From: Podarcis tiliguerta
Taxonomy: Eukaryota
Strand: one strand, 5' to 3'
DNA: 64,000 nt
Assembly (NCBI GenBank): GCA_965153285.1
Contig: OZ229110.1
Shown one piece after another: positions 11,248-24,462 of this stretch; positions within the stretch are counted from its first letter, which is position 1, and the number at the start of each line of letters is the position of its first letter. Both the position numbers and the translations under genes were made by a program. Below the pieces are notes generated by a model. That model was given only the letters and a program-made list of their open reading frames with translations, did not search any database and had not been told where the DNA came from.

Positions 11248-11988
11248 CTAGGAGCCATCCTCAGTCTCTTGGCTCTGCAGCTCTCTCCTTGAGTTCAATG
11301 TGGTGCGTCCTCGGCCTCTTGGCACTTTAATATAAGATCCATGTTCTCTGCCCTTGGTCTTTTCCCACTGCCTACAATCCTGCATCCCACGGCGACCCTG
11401 CCACTTGGCCGAGCCCCTGAGCTCATTATGGCTAACCTCCAAGTTTACTTCCTTGCTGTCATGGGCTTGACTTTTCTGCTCCTGCGTCCATTTCCCCACC
11501 ACATTTTTCTCCTCTCTCAAATACATTCCCTCTTTGGTTGGTGATATTCCTCTGGTGCACAGCTCTTTTTTCTCCACCAGTGAAGACACTTGGTCTCTGC
11601 TGCAAGATTTTGAGAAGTCTTGATTGTACCTCCCACAGCTTCGCTGTCCCCTCTCCTTTCTCCAGTTGGGTCTTCTACTGAAGGTTCTGGATTTTCCCTC
11701 AACAGTGAGAAGACAATGAGTTTCTGCTGGTGTCTCCAGTGACTTGTAGCGCAGCTGCCAGCCCGGGCCTTGTATAGATGGTTTCTCCTCTCGAGTCCTC
11801 TCTCTCTTGCTATGGAAATGCAAAGGGACAGAAGGTCTCTCTGGTTTTTCAGGTTCATGCCTCACTGGAACAGCAGCCTCTGCAGTTCCTTGGGTATGTT
11901 CTGAGCCTGCTGATGGCCTCAGTTCCTTGTCAGTATCCAGAACATTTTCTGAGATGGCTACTTGTTCATGTTCAGTGGTATCTGGGGG
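11248..11988 (-). CDS. RNF25: RNF25 exon 10 (low-complexity C-terminus)
   Basis: tttttag|CCC CCA; open 247 codons to ...QETEDGS*. Confidence 0.88.
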   Translation of the reverse strand, partial: PPDTTEHEQVAISENVLDTDKELRPSAGSEHTQGTAEAAVPVRHEPEKPERPSVPLHFHSKRERTREEKPSIQGPGWQLRYKSLETPAETHCLLTVEGKSRTFSRRPNWRKERGQRSCGRYNQDFSKSCSRDQVSSLVEKKELCTRGISPTKEGMYLREEKNVVGKWTQEQKSQAHDSKEVNLEVSHNELRGSAKWQGRRGMQDCRQWEKTKGREHGSYIKVPRGRGRTTLNSRRELQSQETEDGS

Positions 11989-14900
11989 CTAAAAAGGATA
12001 GAAACCAAAATGAAGGGCAGAAAATTCATAAAACCAGCAGGCTTGATTCTCAGTCTGAGTGGCAAAGATCCCACAGGAATTAATATATTGATGTCACCCC
12101 ATCTGTCTTCCCCAGGCTTTGCTGCTTAAATCTTTCCCTATAGTAACTTGCAAAATTGCCAGCAACAAACATCATCAGCACTAGGATGCAAATATCAAAG
12201 CTCTCTCTTGTGCTACAAGACAGGATGTCTCAGCAAGTAAAAATTGCTACCTCCATTGTTTCATTCTTTCCCTATGACCGTTATCCTCTTAGTACTCCTG
12301 CTGCCTGCACTAACCTTTTGCAGGCTGATGAAGTAGCGATTTCTTTCTGCTTCAGGGTCAATGATGCCTCCTTTCTCCTGCTGCTTCTGATAGATCAGGC
12401 GCAGTTGTTCTCTGTGCTGCAGTGTCTGTGTGTCAGGTTGGTACACCTCCTGAGGAAAGAGAGGCATGTAATTAGATGGCTGGCCCAAACAGAGCCTTCT
12501 GGGTCTCTCAACCCTCCAGATCTGATGGGCAAAGGGGCTGCCGGGGGGCAGGCAGAGAGAAAGACTGGGGGGAAAATGCAGCCTCCCACCTCCTTACACA
12601 GGCAAGAGCATCTCATTAGTAAAACTCCACTCACAGCATGCTCCTCCCAGAGGATTCTTAGTTAGAACCTAAGCTGGTATTTCTAAACACAACTAAATGT
12701 ACTACCTATTGTGTAACAGGGAAGCAAAGACACAGGTTGACTATATCTGTTTCACTCTGTTAATACTTTTTGCCTAAATGAAGAAGGGGTGTGAAACTAG
12801 CCTGCTATACAAACAATAAAATTCCTATGTGGCCCCTGGAAGGTTGAATAGAAAGGAAGACAGCTCCCTGGCTGAAAATAATTTCCTCTCCCTGGTGTAG
12901 AAGTAAAAATTGACAAGAATGTTAGAACTCATAGCCACCTGCAGGCATACAGAGCACCAGGTATATGATTATTTGGAAATAACACTTAACAGAGCTCATT
13001 TGGAGAAATGGGGTTGCCCAACAGATCCAATAAGTGAGAGAGATTAGTGAAGCAAGAGGGTGCCTGCCTGGTGCATCTTTTAAAGAGCAGCAAGTCCATG
13101 TGAAAGGTCTGTTTTTGAAGTTTCCTTACCATTGGCTGCTGTGGGGGGGGTGCTGCTTGCAATGTTGCAAGATCATAAACCAGAGGCTCCCTGCACACAG
13201 GGCACTGCACTTCAAATTCCTGTACAGAAGGTAATAACAACAGAATTCAGCCTTGGTTAGACCTGGTCATGGGATATACAGCTACTGTTCTCATACTCCG
13301 CCAGTGTGTCTTAAGAGAGTAGTATTTTCCTGATAAACTGCTACTCATCCTGCGGAACTCTAGCACTCAACAACAGCACTCGGCAGAAGAGTGCTGTGCA
13401 GTTTGACTACAAGGGTCATGGGGCAGCCTGGATTCTGAGCTCATCTTCCAAGCCTGCTGGGAATTTAGTTAATTCCATTCTATAAACATCCATCAGTAAA
13501 GTGTTCTCTTTTATAAGATGCTACTGGGCCTTCCTAATGCAATCACAACTTGCATCAAAGCTAGTGCAAAAATTATCTCAGAGTGAAGATTCACCACTAG
13601 CAACCCTGCCCTCAGAACTATTCTATTGTTTGGGAGTGGAGGAAGATAACTTTTGTTTCTTGGCAAAGCTTTTTTGTATATGTTGAAGTCCATTCACAAT
13701 CTTTTCCACCAGGAAACACACCAACACAGGTGTTCAAGAAGATATACTGTGAGCATACTTTTTGGTCACTTGTACTGCAGCTGTGAAGATTGCCTTTATC
13801 TACAGAACCCCAGTTCTTTAGTATTTGAAGCAAAGGAAGATATGTTGACCATCTCCTCTGGTCTTTAACTAGATTCCCAGACTTTACACATCACTTAACA
13901 TTTTGTTCTCTGTAGACAAAATAACTTGCAAATGCGAAAGTATGCACAGCACTGAACCATGGAAAACCATTTCAACATCTATCTGGGAAAATCTTGTCCA
14001 CAGCTCTCAATGCTGTAACTAATAACCAAAATGAACTGGAAATACTGATCCAGATTCAGAAGCCATTCCTGGAGGAAAAAGTTGGTGAAGTTCTAGAAGC
14101 AGCTGTGGGGTGAACAAAAGGAGCTATTACCTCTTTGGGAGGAAGTGCCAAAGGCTGTACTCTTTCTTTCCTCTCTGCACGGATTTCTTCCTCCATATGC
14201 TCTGTATAACTGGCAAGGCAACGTGAGTGAAAGTAGTGGTAACATGGTGTCTTAGTGAAAGCTTCATTTTCCTACACAGGGGAAGGCACAGATTCCTATT
14301 AATATAAATCAGCTACACTGTGTGTTTTCAGCATACATTGAAATAATAATTCCCATTCAATCCAATTTCAATTCAATTCATATGTAATATATGTGGATGC
14401 TGGCTCAGATTCAAACAATCACATTAACAGGGGCTTTTTGCACCCCATTCCCACTGTTATTCCCCTTCCCACTGTGGGGACACATGCACACACTTTTGCA
14501 GAACAGAATGCAACACAGCACTAGGGAGGGATCTAGAGACATCCCAACAAGTTCCCATTCCCTCTTCCTTCCTTTTTGAGTGAGTCCCAGCTTCACCTCA
14601 TTCTTCCATATATTAGTGCTTTTATTCCCTATGGCTCCCCACAAATGAAAACAAGATGCCAATCCAGCATGCCCTTACCTGAAAACCATACAGGCAAATC
14701 ACACACTGCCCATGAGGGATGTTGTTGTCTGTAAGAATTTCCTTTCCCTTCTGTGAAGACAGAGAGGGTCAGTTTGTCATTTCACACAATAAAGGCGCAA
14801 CAGCCCAAGCCACAGGTCTGGACAGCCTGCCTCCCCTTTCTGTTCTCTTACCTCTATTAGCTCATATAACATAGCTGTACCCAGCTGGGCCTCAGCAGTA

Positions 14901-17900
14901 CATTGTAGGGTCTGGGAAATCCTAAAATGGAGGCAAAAAAGGGGGCAGGGTAAGGAGAAAGGCTAAAATAGATGTCCAGGGAAGTGAGATGGCAAGAACT
15001 GGAGTGGCTGAATCAGCCATTTGCAATAGCAATCTCAACACCAACACAGGATGGGCTCCAGCCTCTCACCCAGTATCTCATCTGACACAGTAGCTACTTC
15101 AGTACAAATTAGAAGGAAGTGGTACCAGACTGAAATTGAAAAAGCAGCTTGAAGCCCTTCTAGGGGAAGGGAAAGCAGGGAAGGGAAAGCAGGCAAGCCA
15201 CGTATAAAGAGCAACAGAAGCTGGGACTTTGTTTTGGATGAAGATGCTGCATTTCTGCTACAGTAATGTACCAAGATGCATTGCCTCTCATCTCTTAATT
15301 TTGTCCATCTATCAATAACCTTTAAGAGAAAGATCTCCTTTAACTTGTATTCCCCCAATGCCAATTTTACACACAAACACCATACAGTGGTACCTTGGGT
15401 TAAGTACTTAATTCAATCCGGAGGTCCGTACTTAACCTGAAACTGTTCTTAACCTGAAGCACCACTTTAGCTAATGGGGCCTCCTGCTGCTTCCGCACCG
15501 CGGGAGCACGATTTCTGTTCTCAACCTGAAGCAAAGTTCTTAACCTGAAGCACTATTACTGGGTTAGCGGAGTATGTAACCTGAACCGTATGTAACCTGA
15601 AGCGTATATAACCTGAGGTACCACTGTAATTAACTTATCTGTACCCAAACATGTTGCATACATGATTAAAACTTCCAGTCTTGTTTGTAACTTCATTCCC
15701 CATGCTCCCAATGTTAGTAATATAGCAACAGCCTTCACAGCATAGCTCTAAATTAAGAGAACAGCTGCATAATACATATTCCACATAAGATCACTGGGCA
15801 GGTGGAACACAATATAAAGAAGCTCCCACCTCCCCACACTTTCCATTAAAAGTGTGACAGACTGAAACCAAGAAAACCTTACTTCTTGCACAGAACTGGA
15901 AAGAGTTTGCATAATACACTTACTTTTGGATTTGCTCATCTGACAGCCCTCGAGGATTCTGGATGGCTATCTTTGGCACTTCATTTGGATACTATTAAGA
16001 AACAAAGCCAAGTCAAAATGAGTAGTACAGCCATGCTAAAGTGCTATATAGCAAAACAGTCACTCAGGTTATACAAGGCTTTACCTGAAGAGGCACGGAT
16101 AGCACCAAGGTTAAGCAGACGTACTGAGACTCCTGGTCCTCTGCAGTTGCTGGATGAAGGGTGATAGATATTTCCCACGGCACAGACCTAGGGTTGAAGA
16201 AAGGCTCAAGTGAGGGTATGGTGTCAAATGAAGGGAAGATGGAACAGGAGAGATAATGCAGGTGGGTTGTTATTCCTTCCTTTCTCAGGCTGAAAGAAGA
16301 TTGAAGCAGGCATAATGCAGACCTTCCATTCTCCCCACCCCATAGTCTTACAAAGATAACTATTTCAGAATGGTAGTATCAAATACAAGGAGGGGAAAAA
16401 AGAAGTGACTAATATTTTGAGAAATTAACAAACATGAATCAGGGGTTGCAATTCATTCCGAGTTTGTGCAGGACACTGTAGTCTAATCCAAAAACAGGGT
16501 ACAGTCTTCTAAACCAGGAATCAAGTTCCACAATGACATATGCAAGATCACAGGAGTGATCAATACTTTAAACAAAAAACCAGCAAAGGATCTGACAATG
16601 TTGCAATTACCTTCCGTTTCCTTTAGACACATGTAGCTCATCCAAGTAGATGGACTCCAAGACTTCCACTTCTGAAGGTAGAGCCCTGAGTAAGAAAAGA
16701 AAAAAAAATCATATGATACATAATTTCCTCAGGTTTCTACTGTCCATCATGTATGATGTTATGTGTGGGGCAGATAGAAATCAGGATTGAACTCCTATGC
16801 ATTAGCTGATGCTCAGGAAGTTCAATTCAGCTCAGATCAAGCACATCAGCCTCTTCCTGCTGGGACTGGACTGGCACTTCCCAGTATGTACAGAGCAGGA
16901 CAGAAACACACAGAGTGTTCTCTTGCATCAGATGATGCAAATGGAGTTCAATTCTCCCCCAGGGCCAACAATGACAGTAGGTTGGAACAATCCATCTGTC
17001 AATCACCTGATATCAATATGTCACCAAATGATTGACAGGTAGGTGGTCCCACACACTTCTCAAAATTGGCCCATTAGGGTAGGAGAGATAAAGATCTAGC
17101 CCACCAGGGCAAAACTGCTTTAGAGTATCACCATGGCAGGCAAATCCATGTTCAAGAAGAACAAATAACACACACACCACATTAGACTCCTACATTAACT
17201 TAGGTTTTGGGGGTCATGTAACCCATCTTGTGGCAATCCAACATAATAACCTGAATTTTAAAAATGCCACTAAAACGCTTAAGAGGGTAGGCACTTGTGA
17301 AGGGGCACAAAGTCTAAACTAGCAGACCTTTGCTGCTGCCAGTGATAATGAAAACCACAAAAACATTTCTCTCTGGCTACTTCTCAGAATTTTACCTTAC
17401 ACACAATTCCCACAACAGTGGGTAGTTTACCATGCTTGAGAAAGGCTGTCATTCTCTTTCTGTTTTGATTCTGTGGCTGAAAAATGACACAGCTCCATAC
17501 TGCAAAGGGCAGAAACACAGCTGTAATACTAACCGAGAGTGAGATTGTTGCATGGAGTATTTTTTCATAATATCCATAAGGAACCAGTGGCATAACAGCA
17601 GCTGACTGAGAAGAGATCTCAGTTGGCATATGCTTCTAGCCATGTAACTGTGCGGTAAAGAGAAGATATTTATTTCTCTATCTACAGTTTTTCATAAGGA
17701 GTTTCTAAAAAAACACACACACAAAAAAAGCCAACCCTGCTAGAAGACCAAAGGGCGAGGAGGAACAGGATTGGCCCAGGGAGTGGATTTTGCACTTGGC
17801 TTGGATATAAGATTCATATCGCTGCTTGTTCGGCTACTGGGCGCTGCCTTTCTCTCTCAGCCCCCTACCCTCAGAAATAGCGCGCGGGGGGCGGGGGGAT

Positions 17901-18185
17901 CGTGTGCTAGCTCACTCCCTGTTGTGACGAGACCCAGGAAGATGACGAACCACATCGTACATGTCGAACATTACATAAGAACAAGACGAACGAAGAAACA
18001 AAAAAATTCCTTCGTTAAGAGATGGCCTGGGCTATAGAAAACAGAGGAGGAAGTGGGGGGATACGCCAGCCATTTGCTCATCTGCCTTCCGCTGAGAGAG
18101 AAAGGAGGACACATAAGGCCGAACCGCTCCCTTACCAATCCGCAGCCAACTCCTCCTGCTCCTCGCCGTCGCCGGTCGCCGCCAT
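11248..18185 (-). CDS. RNF25: E3 ubiquitin ligase RNF25 (RWD + RING-H2), 10 exons, ~514 aa: complement(join(11248..11988,12315..12449,13130..13219,14131..14271,14679..14750,14852..14921,15924..15991,16085..16187,16611..16685,18136..18185))
   Basis: All junctions GT-AG and in phase (1545 nt). WALPSEVEVLESIYLDEL; PWEISITLHPATAEDQESQYVC; YPNEVP; NIPHGQCVICLYGFQ; CYHYFHSRC; CPVCREPL; QQEKGGIIDPEAERNRYFISL; ends ETEDGS*. Confidence 0.96.
12315..12449 (-). CDS. RNF25: RNF25 exon 9
   Basis: EVYQPD...QQEKGGIIDPEAERNRYFISLQK. Confidence 0.95.
13130..13219 (-). CDS. RNF25: RNF25 exon 8
   Basis: EFEVQCPVCREPLVYDLATLQAAPPPQQPM. Confidence 0.95.
14131..14271 (-). CDS. RNF25: RNF25 exon 7
   Basis: ENEAFTKTPCYHYFHSRCLASYTEHMEEE. 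Confidence 0.95.
14679..14750 (-). CDS. RNF25: RNF25 exon 6
   Basis: KGKEILTDNNIPHGQCVICLYGFQ. Confidence 0.95.
14852..14921 (-). CDS. RNF25: RNF25 exon 5
   Basis: ISQTLQCTAEAQLGTAMLYELIE. Confidence 0.95.
15385..15626. mobile_element. Tc1/mariner-type MITE, TA target duplication
   Basis: TA|CAGTGGTACCTTGGGTTA...TAACCTGAGGTACCACTG|TA terminal inverted repeats; internal TTCTTAACCTGAA repeats. Confidence 0.88.
15924..15991 (-). CDS. RNF25: RNF25 exon 4
   Basis: YPNEVPKIAIQNPRGLSDEQIQ. Confidence 0.95.
16085..16187 (-). CDS. RNF25: RNF25 exon 3
   Basis: SVPWEISITLHPATAEDQESQYVCLTLVLSVPLQ. Confidence 0.95.
16611..16685 (-). CDS. RNF25: RNF25 exon 2
   Basis: ALPSEVEVLESIYLDELHVSKGNG. Confidence 0.95.
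18136..18185 (-). CDS. RNF25: RNF25 exon 1
   Basis: MAATGDGEEQEELAAD(W)|gtaagg. Confidence 0.9.
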
Positions 18186-18248
18186 CTTGACAGGCCCGGA
18201 AACTCAACCGCTTTGGAATGCTTGCCGGGTTCTCTTCCGGTGCTGGCT

Positions 18249-18261
18249 GTTGCTAGGCAAC
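18249..18261. promoter_or_regulatory. RFX X-box GTTGCTAGGCAAC
   Basis: Matches the X-box consensus; embedded in the 9-bp inverted repeat GGCTGTTGC-TAG-GCAACAGCC (18245-18265). Confidence 0.7.
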
Positions 18262-19362
18262 AGCCGGGAGACGCCGTTGCGCGGGGCCTGCGCTGATAAC
18301 TAGTCTCCGTCCGCCCCGCCCCGCACCGCCCGGCCCTACTCTCGAGCCGCCGGGTTCCAACGGCCCCCGCCGGGGCTCAGCGCGGCAAAGGCTTTGTCAG
18401 ACGAGCCGGGTGGGACGTGGGTGCCTCTGCCCTTCCCCTGGATTGACCTGGAAGGAGGAGGCTGAGGCGAAGGAGCCGTTGTCGGGCTGCAGCTCACAGC
18501 CCGACCTTGTGTTCATTTCTCTGCCCCATTTCACTTTTGTGGAGCTTACTCCTAAGTAAGTGGGCCTAGGATCGTCGCCTTAGGAGGCTCCTCAAGACGC
18601 CGTGGCCGGGTGAGGACTTTATACAGTATAGCAGAAGGGATTCGGAGAGTTGTGCAGGCAAAAAAAAGATGGCTAAAAAGACTGTGTGTGTTGAGGGACT
18701 CCTGATGGGGCACTTTGGACCAGGGGTGCCTTAACTTTTTTCTTGGGAAGCATTAAAAACATGCCTTGCATTGGCTTCTTTTTCGGTTATGAGACTGTCC
18801 CTGAAATATTTGGATGGTCATGGATGGCTCTGTTATATCCTAATGTCCTGGAACTTGCATACTTTATTGGTGGTTAAGCGATTGGTTTTACAGCATTGCA
18901 AGGACTTGATATCTCCTCCAATAGCTCCTTGGTTGGAGAGCTTTCTTGTCATGCATCTCATGCATTTTGCCTGGAGATGCAAAAAGCACAACTATTCTGA
19001 GATCTGGGACCCCTCTTTAGAGCGGTTTGCCTGATATGCATGTCATATTGGCTTTGCTAGAGTCTACTCCCCTTTCCCCAACCTTTTCTGACTGCTTTGC
19101 TCCCGTTTTCCTTTTTGCTTCTTGGTTTTGACCACATGTGCATGATTTGTATGCTTATTTTGCATTTTTCTGTTGTAAACAGCCCTGGGATCTTCACATG
19201 AAGGGAGGTATACAAATATAATAATAATAATTTTGCAAAATGGTATTGTGAATTGACATGCTTTGCCATTGTGCTTACATTTTTCATTTACTGTTCGTGT
19301 GTAGCTTAATCTCTTGTCTCTGCCCTTTCAGATTAATACCCACCCCTCCCCACATTCCCATA

Positions 19363-19446
19363 ATGGAGAAGTATCATGTCTTGGAGATGATTGGCGAAGG
19401 CTCTTTTGGAAGAGTGTACAAGGGGCGTCGCAAATACAGTGCACAG
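19363..19446 (+). CDS. STK36: STK36 coding exon 1
   Basis: [28 protein letters not shown]; acceptor at 19331 implies an upstream non-coding exon. Confidence 0.96.
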
Positions 19447-22400
19447 GTAAGAGCACAAGGGAACAGGGGGATGGACCTCATCAACAGGCAAGAGAGTTAA
19501 TTTAGGGAGAGTTGTTTCCAAAGATTGCTATATTCCTGTTCCTGAGCCTGCAGTGGTCATTGTTTCACAATGAGTTTTTCAGGGACAGACAGAGGGGAAA
19601 GTAGTGTATGACACCTTTCCAGCCTTTTAAAATTATTATTATTATTATTATTATTTGGCAGGTGGTGGCCTTGAAGTTTATCCCCAAAGTGGGTCGCTCA
19701 CAGAAAGAGCTGAAGAATTTGCAGCGAGAGATTGAGATCATGAGGGGGCTTCATCATCCCAACATTGTCCAGATGCTTGACAGTTTTGAGACTGATAAAG
19801 AGGTAAGGGACTTGCTGGGGGTCCTTTTTAAGTGTGGGAGGTGAAGAAGAAAATGGTGTCTTCCTGGCTCTGTGGAAAGTCCCCCAAGAAGCAGAAAGGC
19901 CTGAAAATGGCTACATTTTGTTTGATGAAGTTTAGGTTATATGGTGTTCTCCAGATGTCCCAATGAGTACCTAGGAGGAGTGAATTAAAATTTAGCCATT
20001 TTGGTAACAGCTATCTAAATTACACATCTTGTCTGTAGAAGTGTGGATTGCCATGTCAAGCCTATTGGTTCATGAGGCTGCATCAGGCAATTAACCTGCC
20101 AAGAACTATCAGCAGAATGACATTATCCAAAGAGTGTCCCAACACACTTAGAGTTTGGAGCTCTCCATAGGGACCTTCATCAGTCAAATAAAAAGGTGTT
20201 GGTAGCTGTTGCACACACTTCTTTTGATGGTGGTTTCCTGTTGGCTTCAAACAGTACAGAGAGCTTAGTCATACTGTCATTCCCTACTCACAAGTATCCC
20301 ACCTTTGAAAATGTTCTCATTGGCATTCTGGTCTTGTTTATCTCCTTCAGGTTGTAGTAGTGACAGATTATGCGGAAGGGGAGCTTTTTCAGATCCTTGA
20401 GGATGATGGGAACTTGCCTGAGGAGCAGGTAACTATGACCAGAAGAGTGAGTGGGGATTCAGTGTGATAAATGACTCCTGGAATGGGAGAGTAGCTGGAG
20501 TGTGGGTAGGTGTCGGTCTCTGCTAGGCCATAAATTCTCCAGCTGTGTACTTTGACATGAACCTGTTACATCTCCTGGAATAGTGACTGAGGTGCTTACA
20601 AGACAGTCCCAATCTTAAAAAAGATGATCTGAGAAACTAGAGACCCATCCCTTTGAATTTGATACCAGGGATGATATTAGAACAGATTAAATCAAGGAAA
20701 GGTTTAAGGAAGTGGGTATGTCTTTTTGTTTATTAATATTTTTTCACCAATTTATATATTGCTCAGATTGGAATATCAAAAGTGGCATGTGGTACAATAT
20801 AAAAACACAATAAACCATAAAACATTACAAACTCAGTATAAAATTCACCATGATTATTAATAAGAAGATAGGAAGCCTTGAGTCAAACCATTAGTTCATC
20901 TAGCTCAGTTATGTCTGCTTTGACTGGAGGTGACTTTCCAGTGTTCTAGACAAGGGACATTGCCAGTCCTATCTAGAGATGCTGAGGATTGAACCTGGGA
21001 CCTTCTGTATGCAAACCTCTACCATTGAGCTACAGCCCTAAATAAATAAGAATATCTGGAGTCACACTTCAAGTGATGCCTGAGTAAACATATGTGTTTT
21101 GAACTAGCGTTGAATCTGGAGAAGAGAAGTCTAGCAGCAGATGGACATGATTGCAGTCTTCAAATACCTGAAGGGTACATAGAAGAGTGGAAATGCTTGC
21201 TCTCTGCTGCCCTCAAGGATAAAAATAGATCTAATTGTCTTAGGATAATACAAGTAGATTTCTGTGTGTTGGGGAAGGACTTGTGATTCACAATTGAGGG
21301 GCATCAGCAAAGATAACAAAAGGGAATTGAAGTTTTGTGCTGGAGATGTGGAGCATCCCTACAGGATTAAATGGGCTTTGCAAAGTATCAGAGTTGTCAT
21401 TTTCTTTCAGGTGCAAGATATTGCCTCTCAGTTGGTCTCGGCACTCTATTATCTGCATTCCCACCGAATCTTGCACCGTGACATGAAACCCCAAAACATC
21501 CTTCTTGGGAAAGGAGGAGTGATCAAGCTCTGTGACTTTGGGTAGGTACGTTAAGAACTGATCTCCCCAACCAATCTCTGGTCTCATTACTGAAAGGTCT
21601 CAGTTGTCTTCTTTCTTTCCTGGGAAGGTTTGCCCGTGCAATGAGTATTCACACCATGGTGCTGACATCTATAAAAGGCACGCCACTTTATATGGCACCT
21701 GAGCTAGTGGAAGAGAAACCCTACGACCACACAGCTGACCTCTGGTCAGTGGGATGCATTCTGTATGAGCTGTGTGTGGGGACACCACCCTTCTACACCA
21801 ACAGCATCTTCCAGTTGGTGAGCTTGATCATCAAGGACCCCATCAAGTGGCCAAAAAACATGAGCCCCAACTTCAAGGTAACTGTACTTAAATGCCTTCC
21901 CCACTCCATCCAGTGATCTCAGGGCAGGTTTAGATGCATTGCTTCTTTAGTCTCATTTTATCCACACACAAGAGCCCTGTAAGATAGATTGCCCTACTAA
22001 GGGCCATAAGAGATATATTTTGCTCTAAAAGCTTATACTTTTGAGTTTCCCATGACTCAAATTCAGCTATCTGTATCTCTGGCATTACACTGTATGTATC
22101 TGTGGTTTGAGTTTGTTCTCTCCTTAGAAGCTTGAACGCCTTAGATTTTGTTCACTCATGCCACTTGGCCTCTTTCACACTGTTGGTGTGTATGTCTGAA
22201 AGGTAGGAATGCAGCTTTTAAGTGCATTCTCCAATCCTTATCCTACCCCACTCCCTGTGGGGATTAGACTGAGATGAGTGTACTTGCTAAGGCAGGGATG
22301 CCCCCCAATAATTTTGACTGCATCAGCCACAGCCAGCATGGCCAGTGGTTAGGGAAATGTTGTCCACAATGTCTGAAGAACACCACATTGCTACATCTGT

Positions 22401-24420
22401 GCCAAGGAATGTAGCTCTGTGTGCAAACATGTTTTGGTAGTATTGGGGCCACCAGGTTTCTTTCTTAAGGCAGAATATGCAGCCATGTTTGCAAGACTTT
22501 TTTCAGTAATCTTCAGAGCTAGAAACTTAAAAATGAAAAAAATGGGAACATTCTGGAAAATGTGCTTTTTGTATGCATGGATTGAATAGACTCTTCCCAC
22601 AGCGACCAAGAAATTTCATTGGCTCCAAAGTTTTCCTTGTAAAATTAGCAGCTGGGGTTATAGACTATAAGTAGTGTGAGGATGTGCAAGTGACCATCTC
22701 TCATTACTGTGTAGAGCTTCTTGCAAGGCCTCCTGATGAAAGACCCTCGGCAGCGCCTGTCCTGGCCAGAGTTACTCTATCACCCCTTCATTGCAGGGCG
22801 GGTCACTGGTGAGTACCAGCTGCCATGCTTACTTGTAATTTCCCCCCATCTGTCTCCTGCATCTGCCTTTCCTTACAGAGCCCGATTCAAGAAAGCCCAG
22901 GCACCGACATGAACCTTCTCTTTTGCAGTGATTGATGACACAGCAGATCAAGGCATTACCAGCCCTTTCACCAGCAAACTGCCTCCTGAACTGCAGGCCC
23001 TGAAAGAGCAGCAGACACACTCGCTGGCCCCTCACAGTGGCCAGTCAAAGATCTTGAGGAAAGCACGGCAGAAGATGGCCCAGGAGGCTCGGAGAAAGGT
23101 GAGAGGCAGGTAGTACCATTGCTGGCAATGCGACTTACGGTATGGTGGGGTCCGGTCCATTAGAATCATCCTGTGTTGCTTGACTTCTTACAGGAGATGG
23201 GGAAATCCAGGGCTTCGTTTAAGGAAGAAACCCCCAAGGGGGTCCAGAGCCACACACGCAAAGCCTGCCTTGCTCAGACAGATCCCAGAGAAGCGAATCG
23301 AGAAGCTCCTGGCACTGGAGAACAGAGGCACCCTAGCCTTGGAGGAAAGGGAATGGAGTGGGAGCAAAAGGAATCTTCCCCCACACCTCGGTGAGAAGAA
23401 GGAGTTTAAATGCCTTTATTTTGTTGGGAATGTGGCATATGATACATGTGCAAGGGAAGTGTGGATCTAAAGCTGGCAGTACCAAACACCACACAGAATC
23501 AGAGTAAGGTCCAAATCTTTTACTGCTGTAGAAGTCATAGGCTCAGCAAAACAGCTCTGGACAAAGTTATACATAGAAACGTAAGTTCCAGCTTGCAGGA
23601 TTTTCAGATAGAGATACTGTTGCTCTAAGTAATACCAAATGACCAAGACAACACTGGAAACAACTGAATTAGCTGACATATATATGTCCCAGCTTCTGCC
23701 AACCTAGCAGTTTGAAAGCATACCATTGTGAGTAGATAAATAGGTATCACTGCGGTGGGAAGGTAAATGGCATTTCTGTGCTCTCTGGCACTCTTCACGG
23801 TGTACCGTTGCACCAGAAGCGATTTAGTCATGCTGGTCACATGACCTGGAAAGCTGTCTGCGGACAAACACTGGCTCTCTCGGCCTGAAAGCGAGATGAG
23901 TGCTGCACTCCCTAGTCGCTTTTGACTGGACTTAACCGTCCAGGGGTCCTTTACAAGAGAAAACCAAAGCTGGGGTGAGAACATTTCATTGCTGTGTAGC
24001 CTGCCTTCAGCCTCTCATCCCTCTTCTTCATGGACAGAGAGAATCGGATCACACAGGATTACGAACGGGAATTCCCAGAGCTGAGGCCAGAAAGTGGCAG
24101 AGCAGAAGCACGAGGCAGACGGAGCATTGACACTGTGGATCTGGAGACTGAGGTGAGTGCATGGCCAGGTACCACAGTCATTTGAATAGTTGCAAGGAAG
24201 TACTTTCTTGGCTTTCTGATGGTGGCGGTCCTCACTGACTCACTCTTGCCTCTTAGGAGTTGGATAGCGATGAGGAGTGGCAGCACTTGATAGATGCCAC
24301 AGATCCTGCCCATGTGCAGCTGAGTGCCCCACTGAGCCTTCTGGGAGACCCTGCTTTTGTGCAGCGCATCCATGCCCGACTCAAGGATTCTGGTCAGCAG
24401 GTGAGTTGTAGGGAAGGGCT

Positions 24421-24462
<42 letters not shown>

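Larger units (their letters stand above)
17860..18610. promoter_or_regulatory. CpG island / bidirectional promoter RNF25-STK36
   Basis: GC- and CpG-rich; YY1-type CAAGATGGCGGC over the RNF25 ATG (18178-18189), ETS CCGGAA sites, GC boxes at ~18310-18325. Confidence 0.85.

Noticed and set aside
18300-18615. Exact STK36 non-coding first exon
   Set aside because: Several candidate donors (e.g. GTAAGT ~18556, GTGAGG ~18610); cannot be resolved without transcripts.
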